Below the pieces are notes generated by a model. That model did no database searches and had not been told where the DNA came from. It worked only from the letters and a program-made list of their open reading frames with translations. From Narcine bancroftii (lineage: Eukaryota), in assembly GCF_036971445.1 (NCBI RefSeq), contig NC_091470.1:10230001-10294000 (forward strand): 64,000 bases of DNA, read 5' to 3'. Of the stretch, positions 38,725-50,764 are shown piece after piece. The position numbers were made by a program, and so were the translations under genes. Position 1 is the first letter of the stretch, and each line of letters begins with the position of its first letter.

Positions 38725-39790
38725 TACAAAATGTTGCAGCTCTGCAAATCTCTGGTGAGACCACACTGGAAGTGTCGTGTTCACTTCTGGTCACCTCATT
38801 ACAGGAAGGAAGTGGAAGCTTTGGAGGGGGAGCAGAGATTTCCAGGAGGTTGCCTGGATTGGAGAACACGTCTTATGAAGGTTGACAGAGCTGGGGCAAT
38901 TCTCTTTGCAGTGATGAATGATAAAGCGTAACTTAATAGAGGTGCATAAAAAAAAGAGTGAGGGTCTTCTACAGGGTGGTCAGCCAGCACTTTTTTTCCT
39001 GGCAAATACCAGATTATTTGAGGTGAGTGGAGGAAAGTTCAGGGGAGGTATCATAGAGAGTATTGGGTGCCTGGGATGGATTACCTGGGATGGATTACCT
39101 GGGAAGGATTACCTGGGAAGGATTACCTGGGAAGGATTACCTGGGAAGGATTACCTGGGAAGGATTACCTGGGAAGGATTACCTGGGAAGGATTACCTGG
39201 GAAGGATTACCTGGGATGGATTACCTGGGATGGATTACCTGGGATGGATTACCTGGGATGGATTACCTGGGATGGATTACCTGGGATGGATTACCTGGGA
39301 TGGATTACCTGGGATGGATTACCTGGGATGGATTACCTGGGATGGATTACCTGGGATGGATTACCTGGGATGGATTACCTGGGATGGATTACCTGGGATG
39401 GATTACCTGGGATGGATTACCTGGGATGGATTGCCTGGGATGGATTACCTGGGATGGATTACCTGGGATGGATTACCTGGGATGGATTACCTGGGATGGA
39501 TTACCTGGGATGGATTACCTGGGATGGATTACCTGGGATGGATTACCTGGGATGGATTACCTGGGATGGATTACCTGGGATGGATTACCTGGGATGGATT
39601 ACCAGGGATGGATTACCAGGGTGGTAGTGGAGGCTGGAACAACATGGGCAAATCACAAGACTCATAGATGGAAGGAAAATAGAGGGTTATGGGTGTGAGG
39701 AAAGGAAGGGTTAGATTGTTATGGAGAAGTGTTACTTAGGTCAGCACAACATCATGGGTTGAAGGGCCTGTATGTGCTAGTATGTTCTAA
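38725..39790 (+). mobile_element. CR1 3' fragment containing a 14-bp minisatellite
   Basis: LCKSLVRPHWKCRVHFWSPHYRKEVEALE; CR1 3' UTR after the array. Confidence 0.85.
39070..39621. repeat. 14-bp minisatellite, ~39 copies
   Basis: CCTGGGA(T/A)GGATTA; the A-variant copies cluster at the 5' side. Confidence 0.98.
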
Positions 39791-41214
39791 TCCTTTTTTG
39801 ATGTCTGTTCATAGGATATGGAAGCCACATGTAATACCAACTTTATCTATCCCTGAACCAAGCGATCAGTTGAAAATCAACCACTTTGGTGAGACAGGCA
39901 ATGATGCTCAATCCTAAATTATCATCGCCAGACCCCACAATAATTATTTTTGCAATAACAATGTTTTGACATATATTAAAGGTAAGAGAAGCACAAGATC
40001 TGCCAACACTAGAATCTTGGGTTGAATCTTGCATGACTCAGCAGGACAGGGAACATCCACGGAGAGAGGTCAGTCAGTGTCTCGGGTCATGACTAAAGTG
40101 GGAAGGAAAGGTATCAAGCGTAAAAAAGGTGGGCAGGGAACAGGAAGGGCCAAGAGGTGAGAGGACACTGGATAGAAAGTGGGAGATGTGGAAGGACGGG
40201 TAGGAGGACAGACCATCGGGAAGGGGGGAGGTTGCAGAGGAAAGCAGGAAGAGGTTGCAGAGGAAAGCAGGAAGAGGTTGCAGAGGAAAGCAGGAAGAGA
40301 TTCAATATTTAAAACTGATGAAATTACATTTTCCACTTCTGACCTAAAGTTAGAAAATTCATTGGGTTTAAGGCTGTCCAGGAAAAATGTGATCCATTAA
40401 ATATAGTTTTATCTTCTGCAAATTAGATAAGCTTATTTGGAAAGAGTACAATGGTGGTGTCCATGAACTGCAAACAATGGTTTATTACCAAATGACATTT
40501 TAAATTCAGTTTACTTTGCTAACAATCAAGAAGTAAAACAGCTATAAAACAAGACAAAAGCAATTTGCAGAAAAACAAGCCACTCATTTTTTTACAAACT
40601 GAAACAGTAAACAGATTTTAACAGATACTTTGATGAAGGGATCAAGCCCGAAAAGTTGGTTCTGTATCTTTATCTTTGCTATGTCAAGGACACCGTTTGA
40701 CCTGCTGAGTTTATCCAGCATCGTGTTTTTTCTTCAACCACGGTGTCTGCAGACTTTCCTGTTTTACTCAGTGGAAAAAGCCCATCTACATTTACTCTCT
40801 CTCCCTTTTAAATACCTCGATCAAATCTCCCCTCATTCTTCTACGCTCCAGGGAATAAAGTCCGAACCTGTTTAACCTTTCCTTTCAACGGATGGGAAAA
40901 GCAAACTGCAGAAACACAAGTGACTCTCGTACCCGTTTAACATCTAAAAACTGAAACAATAAAACAGATTTTAAAGTCCTTCCACTGTCTACAAAATATT
41001 CGACATGAAATGCATTGGTTCACATTAGCCACAGGAATTGCGAGCTTTTACTGTCCCTGAACCAAGCAGGCAGTTGATGGGATAGGCTACAGGGGGAAAT
41101 TTATTTCCCAAAATCTCTCTTGGTCTGAACGAGCAGCTCCAATAAAAAGCTTCACGTCAACCAGGATGCAGCCTCCCACTGAACTGATTCCCCATCCACA
41201 ACTAGCGGTCTATG

Positions 41215-42270
41215 TAAAAACATAACACTGGAGAAACTCAGCAGGTCAAACTGTGTCCTTGACATAGCAAAGATAAAGATACAGAACCTACGCGTCGAGC
41301 TTGAGTCCTTCATCAAGGTTTGAGCGAAATGCCGGCAGGTGCCCGATCCAGGTGCCTGCCTACATTTGGCTCATACCTTGAAGGGCTCAAGCCTGAAACG
41401 TTTGTTATCACTTCTGCCACTCCTCCTCCCTCACCACCATTCATGGGCCCAAACAGTAAAGCAACATTTCACTTGTCAATCTGCAGGGGTCAGCCACTGC
41501 ATCTGGTGCTCCCGCTGTGGTCTCCTCTACATCAGAGAGACTGCAAACAGACCGAGAGCTCGCTTCATTCAGCACCTTGGCTCCGTCCACTGCAACAGCG
41601 TGGATCTTGCAGGGGCCACCCATTTCAGTGCCCCGCTCCATTCTCTTGCCAACATGTCTGTCCATGATCTCATGCACTCCCAGACTGAGACCACCCGTAA
41701 TTTGAAGAAACAACACCTCATCTTCTGACTGGGCTCCCTCCAACCGATAGCTTTAACATCAACTTCTCTTGCTTTTATTAATCCCCCCCACTTCTTCCCC
41801 CATCGCATTTCTCTATCTCTGCCTCCCCATTCTGTCTCCTTTCGCACAAATATGATAAATTCTTATCTCGTCCCTGATCACATCCAATGAACCCCTTGTG
41901 TTGCTCTGGATTTCTCCCCCAGCTGGCACTGTCTGAATTCTGAGATTTCCTGCTTCTGGCTCATTCTGCTTCATCTTTGAAGGGCTCAGGCCCGAACCAT
42001 CAGCAATATATCTTTGTCTCCTATAGACACTGAAACTACTGGTTGAGTTCTCCAGTGTTTCAGTGTGTTTTTACGGCAATCACAGCATCTGCAGACTTTT
42101 GTGTTTCACTTTTGTTTTGGCACCTGCCTACATTTTGCTCTTACCTTGATAAAGGGCTCAAACCCAAAATGTTTTTTTTGCTACATCAAGGACACTGTTT
42201 GACCAATTGAGTTTCTCCAGCATTGGTTTTACTTCAACCACAGTGGCTGCAGATTTTTGTGCTTTACTTC
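41215..42270 (+). mobile_element. Penelope-like element (GIY-YIG remnant and several pLTR copies)
   Basis: KQHFTCQSAGVSHCIWCSRCGLLYIRETANRPRARFIQHLGSVHC...ATHF...KKQHLIF. Confidence 0.88.
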
Positions 42271-42436
42271 CACCATTCAATCTTCATACACCTTGCAGTT
42301 CCTTGCCCATACATCCCAACAGGCCCTCCCAAACCCTCCAACAAGGGGTGGGGGGAGGGGGGCACAGGAACGCCTGCAGGTTTCCCAGAGACAGAGCCAG
42401 GCAGTGGGGCTGAATGGGAAAATAGATCAACTCATA

Positions 42437-43200
42437 ATTTCAAAGTTTGCAAAGGGATCTGGACCAGCAGGCAAAATGAGCTGAAAAATGGCAGATGGGA
42501 TTTTAATGCAGACAAATGTGAGGGGTTACATTTGGAAAGACAAACCAAAGTAGGATATGGTAAAATAAAATAGGCCCTGAGAACAGAGGGACCTGGGAAT
42601 ATAGATACAAAATTCCTTGAAAGTGGCATCACAGATGGACAGGGTTGTAAAGAGACCTTTTAGCATAAATCAAAATATTGAGTACAGGAGCTGGATGTTA
42701 TGGTAAAGTTATATATGCAGTACATTGGAGAGGCCAAATTTGGAGTATTGTGTGCAGTTTGGGTCATCTTACTACAGGAAAGGTATCAATGATAGAAAGA
42801 GGGCAGAAAAGATTTACTAGGATGTTGCCCAGACTTCAGGAACTGAGTAACAGGGAAAGGTTAAACAGGTTAGGACTTTATTCCCTGCAGCGTAGAAGAA
42901 TGAGGGGAGATTTGATCAAGGTTTTTAAAATTGTGAAGGGGGAATAGACACTCGTCAGGGACGAGATAAGAATTTATCATATTTGTGCGAAAGGACAAAC
43001 CAGAGGACATGGGTTAAGGGTGAAAGGGAAGGTTTTGGGGAACTTCTTCACAGAGAATGGTGAAGTGGGCTCAATTTTAACACAAGAAGAATTTGAACAG
43101 GTACAAGGATGATGGGAGAGGTATGGACTGGGTGCAGAAAAAGTTCGGCACAGACTCGATAGGTCTGTTTCTGTGCTGTGATGTTTCTATGGTTCTGATT
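42437..43200 (+). mobile_element. CR1 3' fragment
   Basis: RFTRMLPRLQELSNRERLNRLGLYSLQRRRMRGDLIKVFKIVKG. Confidence 0.9.
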
Positions 43201-43998
43201 GATTGGTGGGGGAGATGTGCTGAATCGCCTATTTCTGCTCCTATGTCTGATAGGATTCCAGACCAAAACATTGATTACTTTTTCCCTTGGATGCAGCTGC
43301 CCAGCAGAACACCTGTTGGAAAATATCTCATTCAGGCATATGTGTTCGATATAAATCCTAAGGAGGAAAAACCCAACACCCAACCCACCAATTTTCCCCT
43401 GCAACCCGCTGCAATCGTGTCTGCCTGTCCCGCATCGGACTTGTCAGCCACAAACGAGCCTGCTGCTGACGTGGACTTTTTTACCCCCTCCATAAATCTT
43501 CGTCCATGAAGCCAAGCCAAAGAGGAAGAATAAGTATGATATACATATGCACTGACATCCTACTTGCTACAGGGAGGGAAGTACAACATCAGAAGGGCTG
43601 CAGAGGCTGGGCCACAGAGGGAATTGAACAGTTAATTATCACCTTGGCGAGTGACACCAGGTCCACATCTGGAGGAAAGAAGCTGGGTCCCAGGTTTGTA
43701 GGAATATTGCCCACTATAAACTTCAGCTCCCTTCAACTGATTCCCCAGCTGGGACTTTGCCATTTGTCTGCTGCTTTGCAAGTGCCAGGATGGAGAGGAC
43801 AAGGGACAAGTCCAGGGAAGGTCACCAGGAGAGGCAACAGATGGGGTATTGGGAGGGGCAGCGGGTACCAGGAGGAGTGACAGGAAAGGTAACAGATAGA
43901 GGACTGGCAGGGGGACTTGGGGGTGGGGTGCAGTAGGTACTGGGAGGGTCACCAGGAGAGGCAGCAGATGGGGTACTGGGAGGGGCAGTGGGTGCCAA

Positions 43999-44198
43999 NN
44001 NNNNNNNNNNNNNNNNNNNNNNNNNNNNNNNNNNNNNNNNNNNNNNNNNNNNNNNNNNNNNNNNNNNNNNNNNNNNNNNNNNNNNNNNNNNNNNNNNNNN
44101 NNNNNNNNNNNNNNNNNNNNNNNNNNNNNNNNNNNNNNNNNNNNNNNNNNNNNNNNNNNNNNNNNNNNNNNNNNNNNNNNNNNNNNNNNNNNNNNNNN
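43999..44198. other. Assembly gap (200 N; true size unknown)
   Basis: Run of N flanked by low-complexity repeats. Confidence 0.99.
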
Positions 44199-45075
44199 TC
44201 GTCCCCCTCCCCTCCGTCCCCCTCCCCTCCGTCCCCCTCCCCTCCGTCCCCCTCCCCTCCGTCCCCCTCCCCTCCGTCCCCCTCCCCTCCGTCCCCCTCC
44301 CCTCCGTCCCCCTCCCCTCCGTCCCCCTCCCCTCCGTCCCCCTCCCCTCCGTCCCCCTCCCCTCCGTCCCCCTCCCCTCCGTCCCCCTCCCCTCCGTCCC
44401 CCTCCCCTCCGTCCCCCTCCCCTCCGTCCCCCCTCCCCTCCTCCGTCCCCCTCCCCTCCGTCCCCCTCCCCTCCGTCCCCCTCCCCTCCGTCCCCCTCCC
44501 CTCCGTCCCCCTCCCCTCCGTCCCCCTCCCCTCCGTCCCCCTCCCCTCCGTCCCCCTCCCCTCCGTCCCCCTCCCCTCCGTCCCCCTCCCCTCCGTCCCC
44601 CTCCCCTCCGTCCCCCTCCCCTCCGTCCCCCTCCCCTCCGTCCCCCTCCCCTCCGTCCCCCTCCCCTCCGTCCCCCTCCCCTCCGTCCCCCTCCCCTCCG
44701 TCCCCCTCCCCTCCGTCCCCCTCCCCTCCGTCCCCCTCCCCTCCGTCCCCCTCCCCTCCGTCCCCCTCCCCTCCGTCCCCCTCCCCTCCGTCCCCCTCCC
44801 CTCCGTCCCCCTCCCCTCCGTCCCCCTCCCCTCCGTCCCCCTCCCCTCCGTCCCCCTCCCCTCCGTCCCCCTCCCCTCCGTCCCCCTCCCCTCCGTCCCC
44901 CTCCCCTCCGTCCCCCTCCCCTCCGTCCCCCTCCCCTCCGTCCCCCTCCCCTCCGTCCCCCTCCCCTCCGTCCCCCTCCCCTCCGTCCCCCTCCCCTCCG
45001 TCCCCCTCCCTCCGTCCCCTCCCCTCCGTCCCCCTCCCCTCCGTCCCCCTCCCCTCCGTCCCCCTCCCCTCTGTC
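44199..45075. repeat. 15-bp polypyrimidine-rich minisatellite, ~58 copies
   Basis: (CGTCCCCCTCCCCTC)n; the - strand is G-tract rich. Confidence 0.98.
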
Positions 45076-45366
45076 CAACTTTTCCTTAAATGTTAAAATC
45101 AACCACTTTGGCCAGAAGCTCATTCCACCCTCCCACCACCCTCTGAGTGAAGAAATTCCCCCTCATTTCCCCGAAACATTTTCCCCTTCAATCTCAATCC
45201 ATGTCCTCTTGTTTGAATCTCCCCCACTCTCAACAAAAAAGCCGGTCGACATCTGTCCTTCATAATTTTAGTCGATCAAATCACCTCTCAATCTTCTACA
45301 CTCCAAGGAATAAAGTCCCAGTCTGCTTAACCTTTCCCTGTACCTCTAACCCTGAAACCCTATAAC

Positions 45367-48300
45367 AATTACAGTACAGAAACAGGCCATCTTGGCCCCT
45401 CTAGTCCGCACCAATTTAAGTGATTTCTTCTAGTCCCACTTGCCTGCACCCTGCCCATAACCCTCCAATCCCCTCCCATCCATGCACCTCTCCAACTTTT
45501 TCTTAAATGAAAAAATTGACCTTGCTGCAACCACCTCTTCTGGAAGGTCATTCCACTCAACCACCACTCTCTGAGTGAAGAAGCTTCCCCTCATGTTACT
45601 CCTAAACTTTTGCCCCCTAACCGTTAACTCATGACCTCTCGTTCCAAGCTCACCTACCCTCAAGGGGAAGAGCCTATTCACATCGACTCAATCCCCCTCA
45701 TAATTTTAAATACCTGTATCCAATGAATAAAGTCCCAGTCTACTCAGTCTTTCTCCCTATACTAGATACTGCAATCCAGGCAACATTTTGGTAAAATTCT
45801 CTGCACCCTCTCTACCTTATTGATATCCTTCCTCTAATTTGGGGACCAGAACTGCACACAGTATTCCAAATTTGGCCTCACCAATGCCTTGAACAGTCTC
45901 AACATCACCTCCCAACTCCTATATCTATGTTTTGATTTATAAAGGCCAGCATACCAAAAGCCTTCTTTACCAGTCTATCCACATGAGATTCCACTTTTAA
46001 AGAACAATGAACCATTATTCCAAGATCTCTGTTCCTCTGCATTCCTCATTGCCATCCCCTTCACTGCATATGTCCTGTTTTGATTATTCTTCCCAAAATG
46101 AAGCACTTCACACTTATTGATATTAAACTCTATCTGCCACCTTTCAGCCCACTCTTCTAAGCAGTCCAAATCCCTCTGCAGTCCCCGAAAACCCTCCTCA
46201 CTATTCACAACTCCCTCTATTTTTGAATCATCCACATATTTACTAATCCAATTGACCACTCCATCAGCTAAGTCATTAAATAACAACAAGGGACCCAACA
46301 CCAACAGTTATCCACCATGATTCTCTGGCATCTACCCTCTAGCCACCATTGAACCCATCTGACTTTCTCAACATTAATACCTAGCACCTGAACCTTCCTT
46401 ACTAACCTTCCATATGGAATCTTATCGAAGGCCTTACTGAAATTCATTTAGACCACATCTACTTATCAACATTTCTAGTCCCCTCCTCAAAAAATTCAAC
46501 AAGATTTGTCAAACATGACCTTCCCTGCACAAACCAAGTTGGGTGTCACTGATCAGTCCCTGCCTCTCTAGATACTTATACATATTATCTCTAAGAATAC
46601 TTTCCATTACTTTACTGACTACCATCATCATACTTGCAGGCCCTTAATTGTTGGGCCTACACCTGGAGCCTTTTTTAAACAGAAGAACCACATTTGCGAT
46701 ATGCCAAACCTGCGGCTCCATGCCCCCCTCTCGTGACTGTTGGAAAATCACTGTCAGAGCCTCTGCTATTTCCTCCCTGACTTCCCTCAAGTTCCTGGGG
46801 GAAATCTTGTCCGGAACCCAGAGACTTATCCATCTTTATGTGCCTCTTTCCTAATCCCTACATTTTCCATAATCACCCCTTTTGCTTCTCTTATCCTATA
46901 CGATTCCATTTCCTTTTCCCCAATGAATACTGAAGAGAAGAACTCGTTCAATATCTCCCCCATCTCATCTGGCTCCGCACATAGTTGGTCCGTTCTGATT
47001 CTCTAAGGGCCCAATTTTATCCTTCACTCTCCTTTTGCTATTTACATATTTATAAACACCTTTGGATTTACTTTCACCCTGTTCGCTATAGCCACCTCGT
47101 ACCTCCTTTTCGGTGTCCTAATTTCTTTCTTAAGCTTCATTTTACAATCCATCTATTTTCCAAGCGTCTCGTTTATACTTTGTTTCTTATATTTAATGTA
47201 GGCCTCCCTTTTAATTCGAACCAACTTTCCAATATCCTTTGAAAACCATGGCTCTCTCAAACTTTTGACCCTGCCTTTTAACCTAACAGGAACATAAAGA
47301 TTTTGGACCCTCAAAATCTCACCTTTAAAAGACCTCCATTTCTCGACTACATCCTTCCCATAAAACAAATTGTCCCAACTCACTCCTCGTAAATCCATTC
47401 GCATCTCCTCAAATCTAGCTTTTCCCCACTTGAAAACCTCAACCCTGGGCCCTGACCCATCCCTTTCCATAATTACACTGAAGCTAATGGCACCATGATC
47501 ACTGGACCCGAAATACTCCCCAACACAAACCTCTGTCACCTGACCTATCTCATTCCCCAACACACACATGTCAAACTCTGGCCCGCGGGATATAATTATA
47601 TTTGGCCCGCAAGATCATTTCAAAAATGTATTAGAGGTGGCCCGCCCTGCAGCGAGAGCCGATGCTGTTTTTTGGTAATGTCACCCCCACCATCCTCCCC
47701 CTTCATTGCACATCCTTCCCCATTGTAACACGAGAAATTGTAACACGAGAAGTCTGTCGATGTCATCAGCCGGCAAGCCGGTTGGAAGGCTCCCCGCACA
47801 ACCAGTCACTTCTCCCAACTGTCGAGCGGTGCGGCGGATGGGCGAGCACCTGTGATTTCCTGTCGGCACGACGGGCATGGCAGGCTGCGCACGGCCCCCG
47901 GGCACTGGACGGCCCTTCCACAGCGCGAGCGCACTTCTCCCGGTCGCCACGGCCTTCAGCGCTTGCACCCGCGCGGACCCCAGGGACGGCTGGTTCGGCC
48001 CTGCACGTGAAGAGAGAGATGGTGGCTGTCCGCAAAGGCTGATCGGCAGCGCGCGGGCCTGAGTGGGTGGGTAAGCAGGGGTGGGCAGAGGGTGTAGGTG
48101 AGGAGTAATGGGCAGGGGAAGTTATGGTGGTGCGAGGGGCAGTTAGAGGGAGGGATGAGTAGAAGGAGGGGTGGATAGGGAAGAGGTAAAAGGGGAGGGG
48201 CAGGGCGAGTAGGGGAGGGGTGATTAGAGGGTGAGAGACGGGTAGAGGGAGGAACAGGTTGAGGGGAGAGGCAGTAGAGGGGAGTGCATAGGATGGGGTG

Positions 48301-50740
48301 GGTAGAGGCAGAGCGAGTGGAGTGAGGGGTGAGTAGAGGTTGGGTAAAGGACTGGTCAGGTAGAGGGATGGTGGGTCGAGGGTGAATAGAGGCCTAGAGC
48401 CTGAGGAGTGAGCAGGAAATGCTGAGTCCTGATGCAGGCCAAAATGGACACAGCCTGTGAATACTGACTACATCTCCATAGGGACCAAATAGGTTTCCCT
48501 CAGGTCAAGCAAAGGGTGAACTTGAGCTACCTACTCCTGACCTGTAACATTATCCTCCTAAAGTTATATCCTAAAGTTTAACATTACATATGTTGAAAGA
48601 AGAGAAAACATGCAGATGTTGTTGAAAATTTTCAATAAATATTTAGTTCGGCCCTCGACTTAGTCCAAGTTTTTAATTTTGGCCCTCCGTGAATTTGAGT
48701 TTGACACCCCTGCCCCAACAGAAGATCCAACACTGCCCCTTCTCTAGTCAGTACCTCAACATATTGCTGCAAAAAACTGTCCTGCACACATTTTACAAAT
48801 TCTAATCCATCCAGCCTCTTCACAGAATGTATTTTCCAATCTATATTAGGAAAATTAAAATCCCCCACTAACACAACACTGTGCTTATTACAAATGTCAG
48901 CTATTTCCTGACACATTAGCTCCTCTATTTCTCACTCCCCACTATGTCGTCTATAAAACACTCCCATAATTGTAACTTCTGCTTTTCCATTTTTTAATTC
49001 CACCCTTACTGTCTCCCCTGACGAGCCATTCAATCTCTCTCGCATCAGTTCACCGCTATAATATTTTCCATGACAAGCAATGCTACACCACCCCTTCTTT
49101 CCCCTCCAATTCTATCACACCTAAAGCAGTGAAATCCCGGAATATTTAGCTGCCAATCACAGCCCTTCTCCAACCACATCTCATTAATTGCCACCATGTC
49201 ATCCTGCCAAGGGTCTATCCACACCTTCAGCTTGTCCACCTTCCTTATAATACTCCTAGCATTAAAGTAAATGAATTTCAGAGATTTTCCACATCCTTCC
49301 TTCTGTTTGTCCCTATCTTTACGGTCAACACTATTATTTATTACCATCATCCCCCCCTCCATCACTGCACCGATCCTTTTCCTTCTCGATCACTTGTCTT
49401 TCCACCCCCAAACTTTGTCTACAAACCTTCTTTTATTAGTGGACAAACCTTCTCTTTCCTGTTCTGCTTTAAGGGACCCCTTCCCCCAACCATACCAGTT
49501 TAAAGCCACCTTAGTAGCCCTAGCAAATGCCCGTACCAGGATCCTGGTCCCTCTGGGATTCAGATGCAATCCGTCCATTCGGTACAGGTCCCACCTCCCC
49601 CCAAAAAGGTCCTAGTGATCCAAGAACTTGAATCCCTGCCCCTTACTCCACCCCTTTAGCCACGCATTCATCCTCCACCTGATACTATTTTTGCCCTCAC
49701 TACCGCGTGGCACAGGAAGTAATCCAGAGATTATCTCCTTTGCGATCCTTCTTTTTAGCTTCCTACCTAACTCCCTATATTCATTTTTTAGGACCATTTT
49801 ACTCTTCCTCCCTATGTCGTTGGTACCAACATGTACCACAATCTCTGGTTCATTACCCTCCCCCTTTAGGATGTCTTGGACCTGTGAATTTACATCCCAG
49901 ACCCTGGCTCCAGGGAGGCAAACCACCATCTGGTTTTCTTTATCGTATCCTCAGAATCCCCAATATGCCCTCCTGACCATCGAATCCCCTATAACTATTG
50001 CCCTCCTCTTCCTTTCCCTAGACTTTTGGGCCACAGAGGCTGACCTTGTGCCGGAGGTACAGCCATTGCTGCCTTCCCCAGCCTGACTGTCCCCCTCAAC
50101 AGTACTCAAGGAGGAGTACTGTTGAGGGCTACAGACACAGGGGCCTTCTCTTGTACCTGTCTCTTCCCTTTCCCTCTCCTAACTGTAATGCACTGATCAT
50201 CCTCCCATGTCCTTGGTGAGACCACCTGGCTATAATTCCTATATATGACAGCCTCACTCTCCCTGACCAGAGCGAGATAATCGAGGTGCAGCTCTAGTTC
50301 TCTAACGCAGTCCCTGAGACGCTGCAGCTCAGTACACCTAGTGCAGACGTGGATATCTGGGAGGCTAGAAGACTCCAGGACCTCCCACATCTGACACTGA
50401 GAACAGCAAACTGCTGTCACACTCATAGCTTCTCCCTCCCCCTCACCGTACAAAGAGAAAAAATATATAAGTGACAAATATACAGTCTTAATCCAGATAT
50501 GCTTGACCTCAGCCTCTGATCGCCGAAGCCTCTCGAGTCAAAGCCTCGAAGCCCCACTCCTTCACCAGGCCACGCACTCACTGGGCTGCTCCTTTCTGGC
50601 TGCCCCTTTGGCTTACCCTCCTTTTATTGGTCCTTGACCAATTAACCCCATCACTCTCACTTTGCTCCTCCTCCTCCGAACACTGCCTGAGCTCTGGTCA
50701 ACACCTCCTCCCACTCGCTGCTTGAACCAACTATGCCTGA
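45367..50740 (-). mobile_element. Near full-length decayed CR1 LINE interrupted by a hAT MITE
   Basis: ORF1: CCSQCQMWEV..CTRC finger, coiled coil, and VVCLPGARV/VHVGTNDIG/DGLHLN esterase motifs. ORF2: YFNARSI, VGDFNFPNIDW, GSSDH, VLGPLLLF, FFTQRVVVEWNDLP. Confidence 0.95.
47563..48712. mobile_element. Non-autonomous hAT (Charlie/SPIN-type) MITE, 1150 bp
   Basis: Perfect 8-bp TSD CCCCAACA (47555-47562 and 48713-48720). TIRs CACACATGTCAAACTC and CAGGGGTGTCAAACTC; subterminal GGCCCGC motifs. Confidence 0.92.
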
Positions 50741-50764
50741 GTCTCGGTAAGGACCTGAATTTAT

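Noticed and set aside
43822-45265. RGG-rich or PPLR-rich 390-433 aa ORFs
   Set aside because: They span the N gap and a 15-bp repeat.
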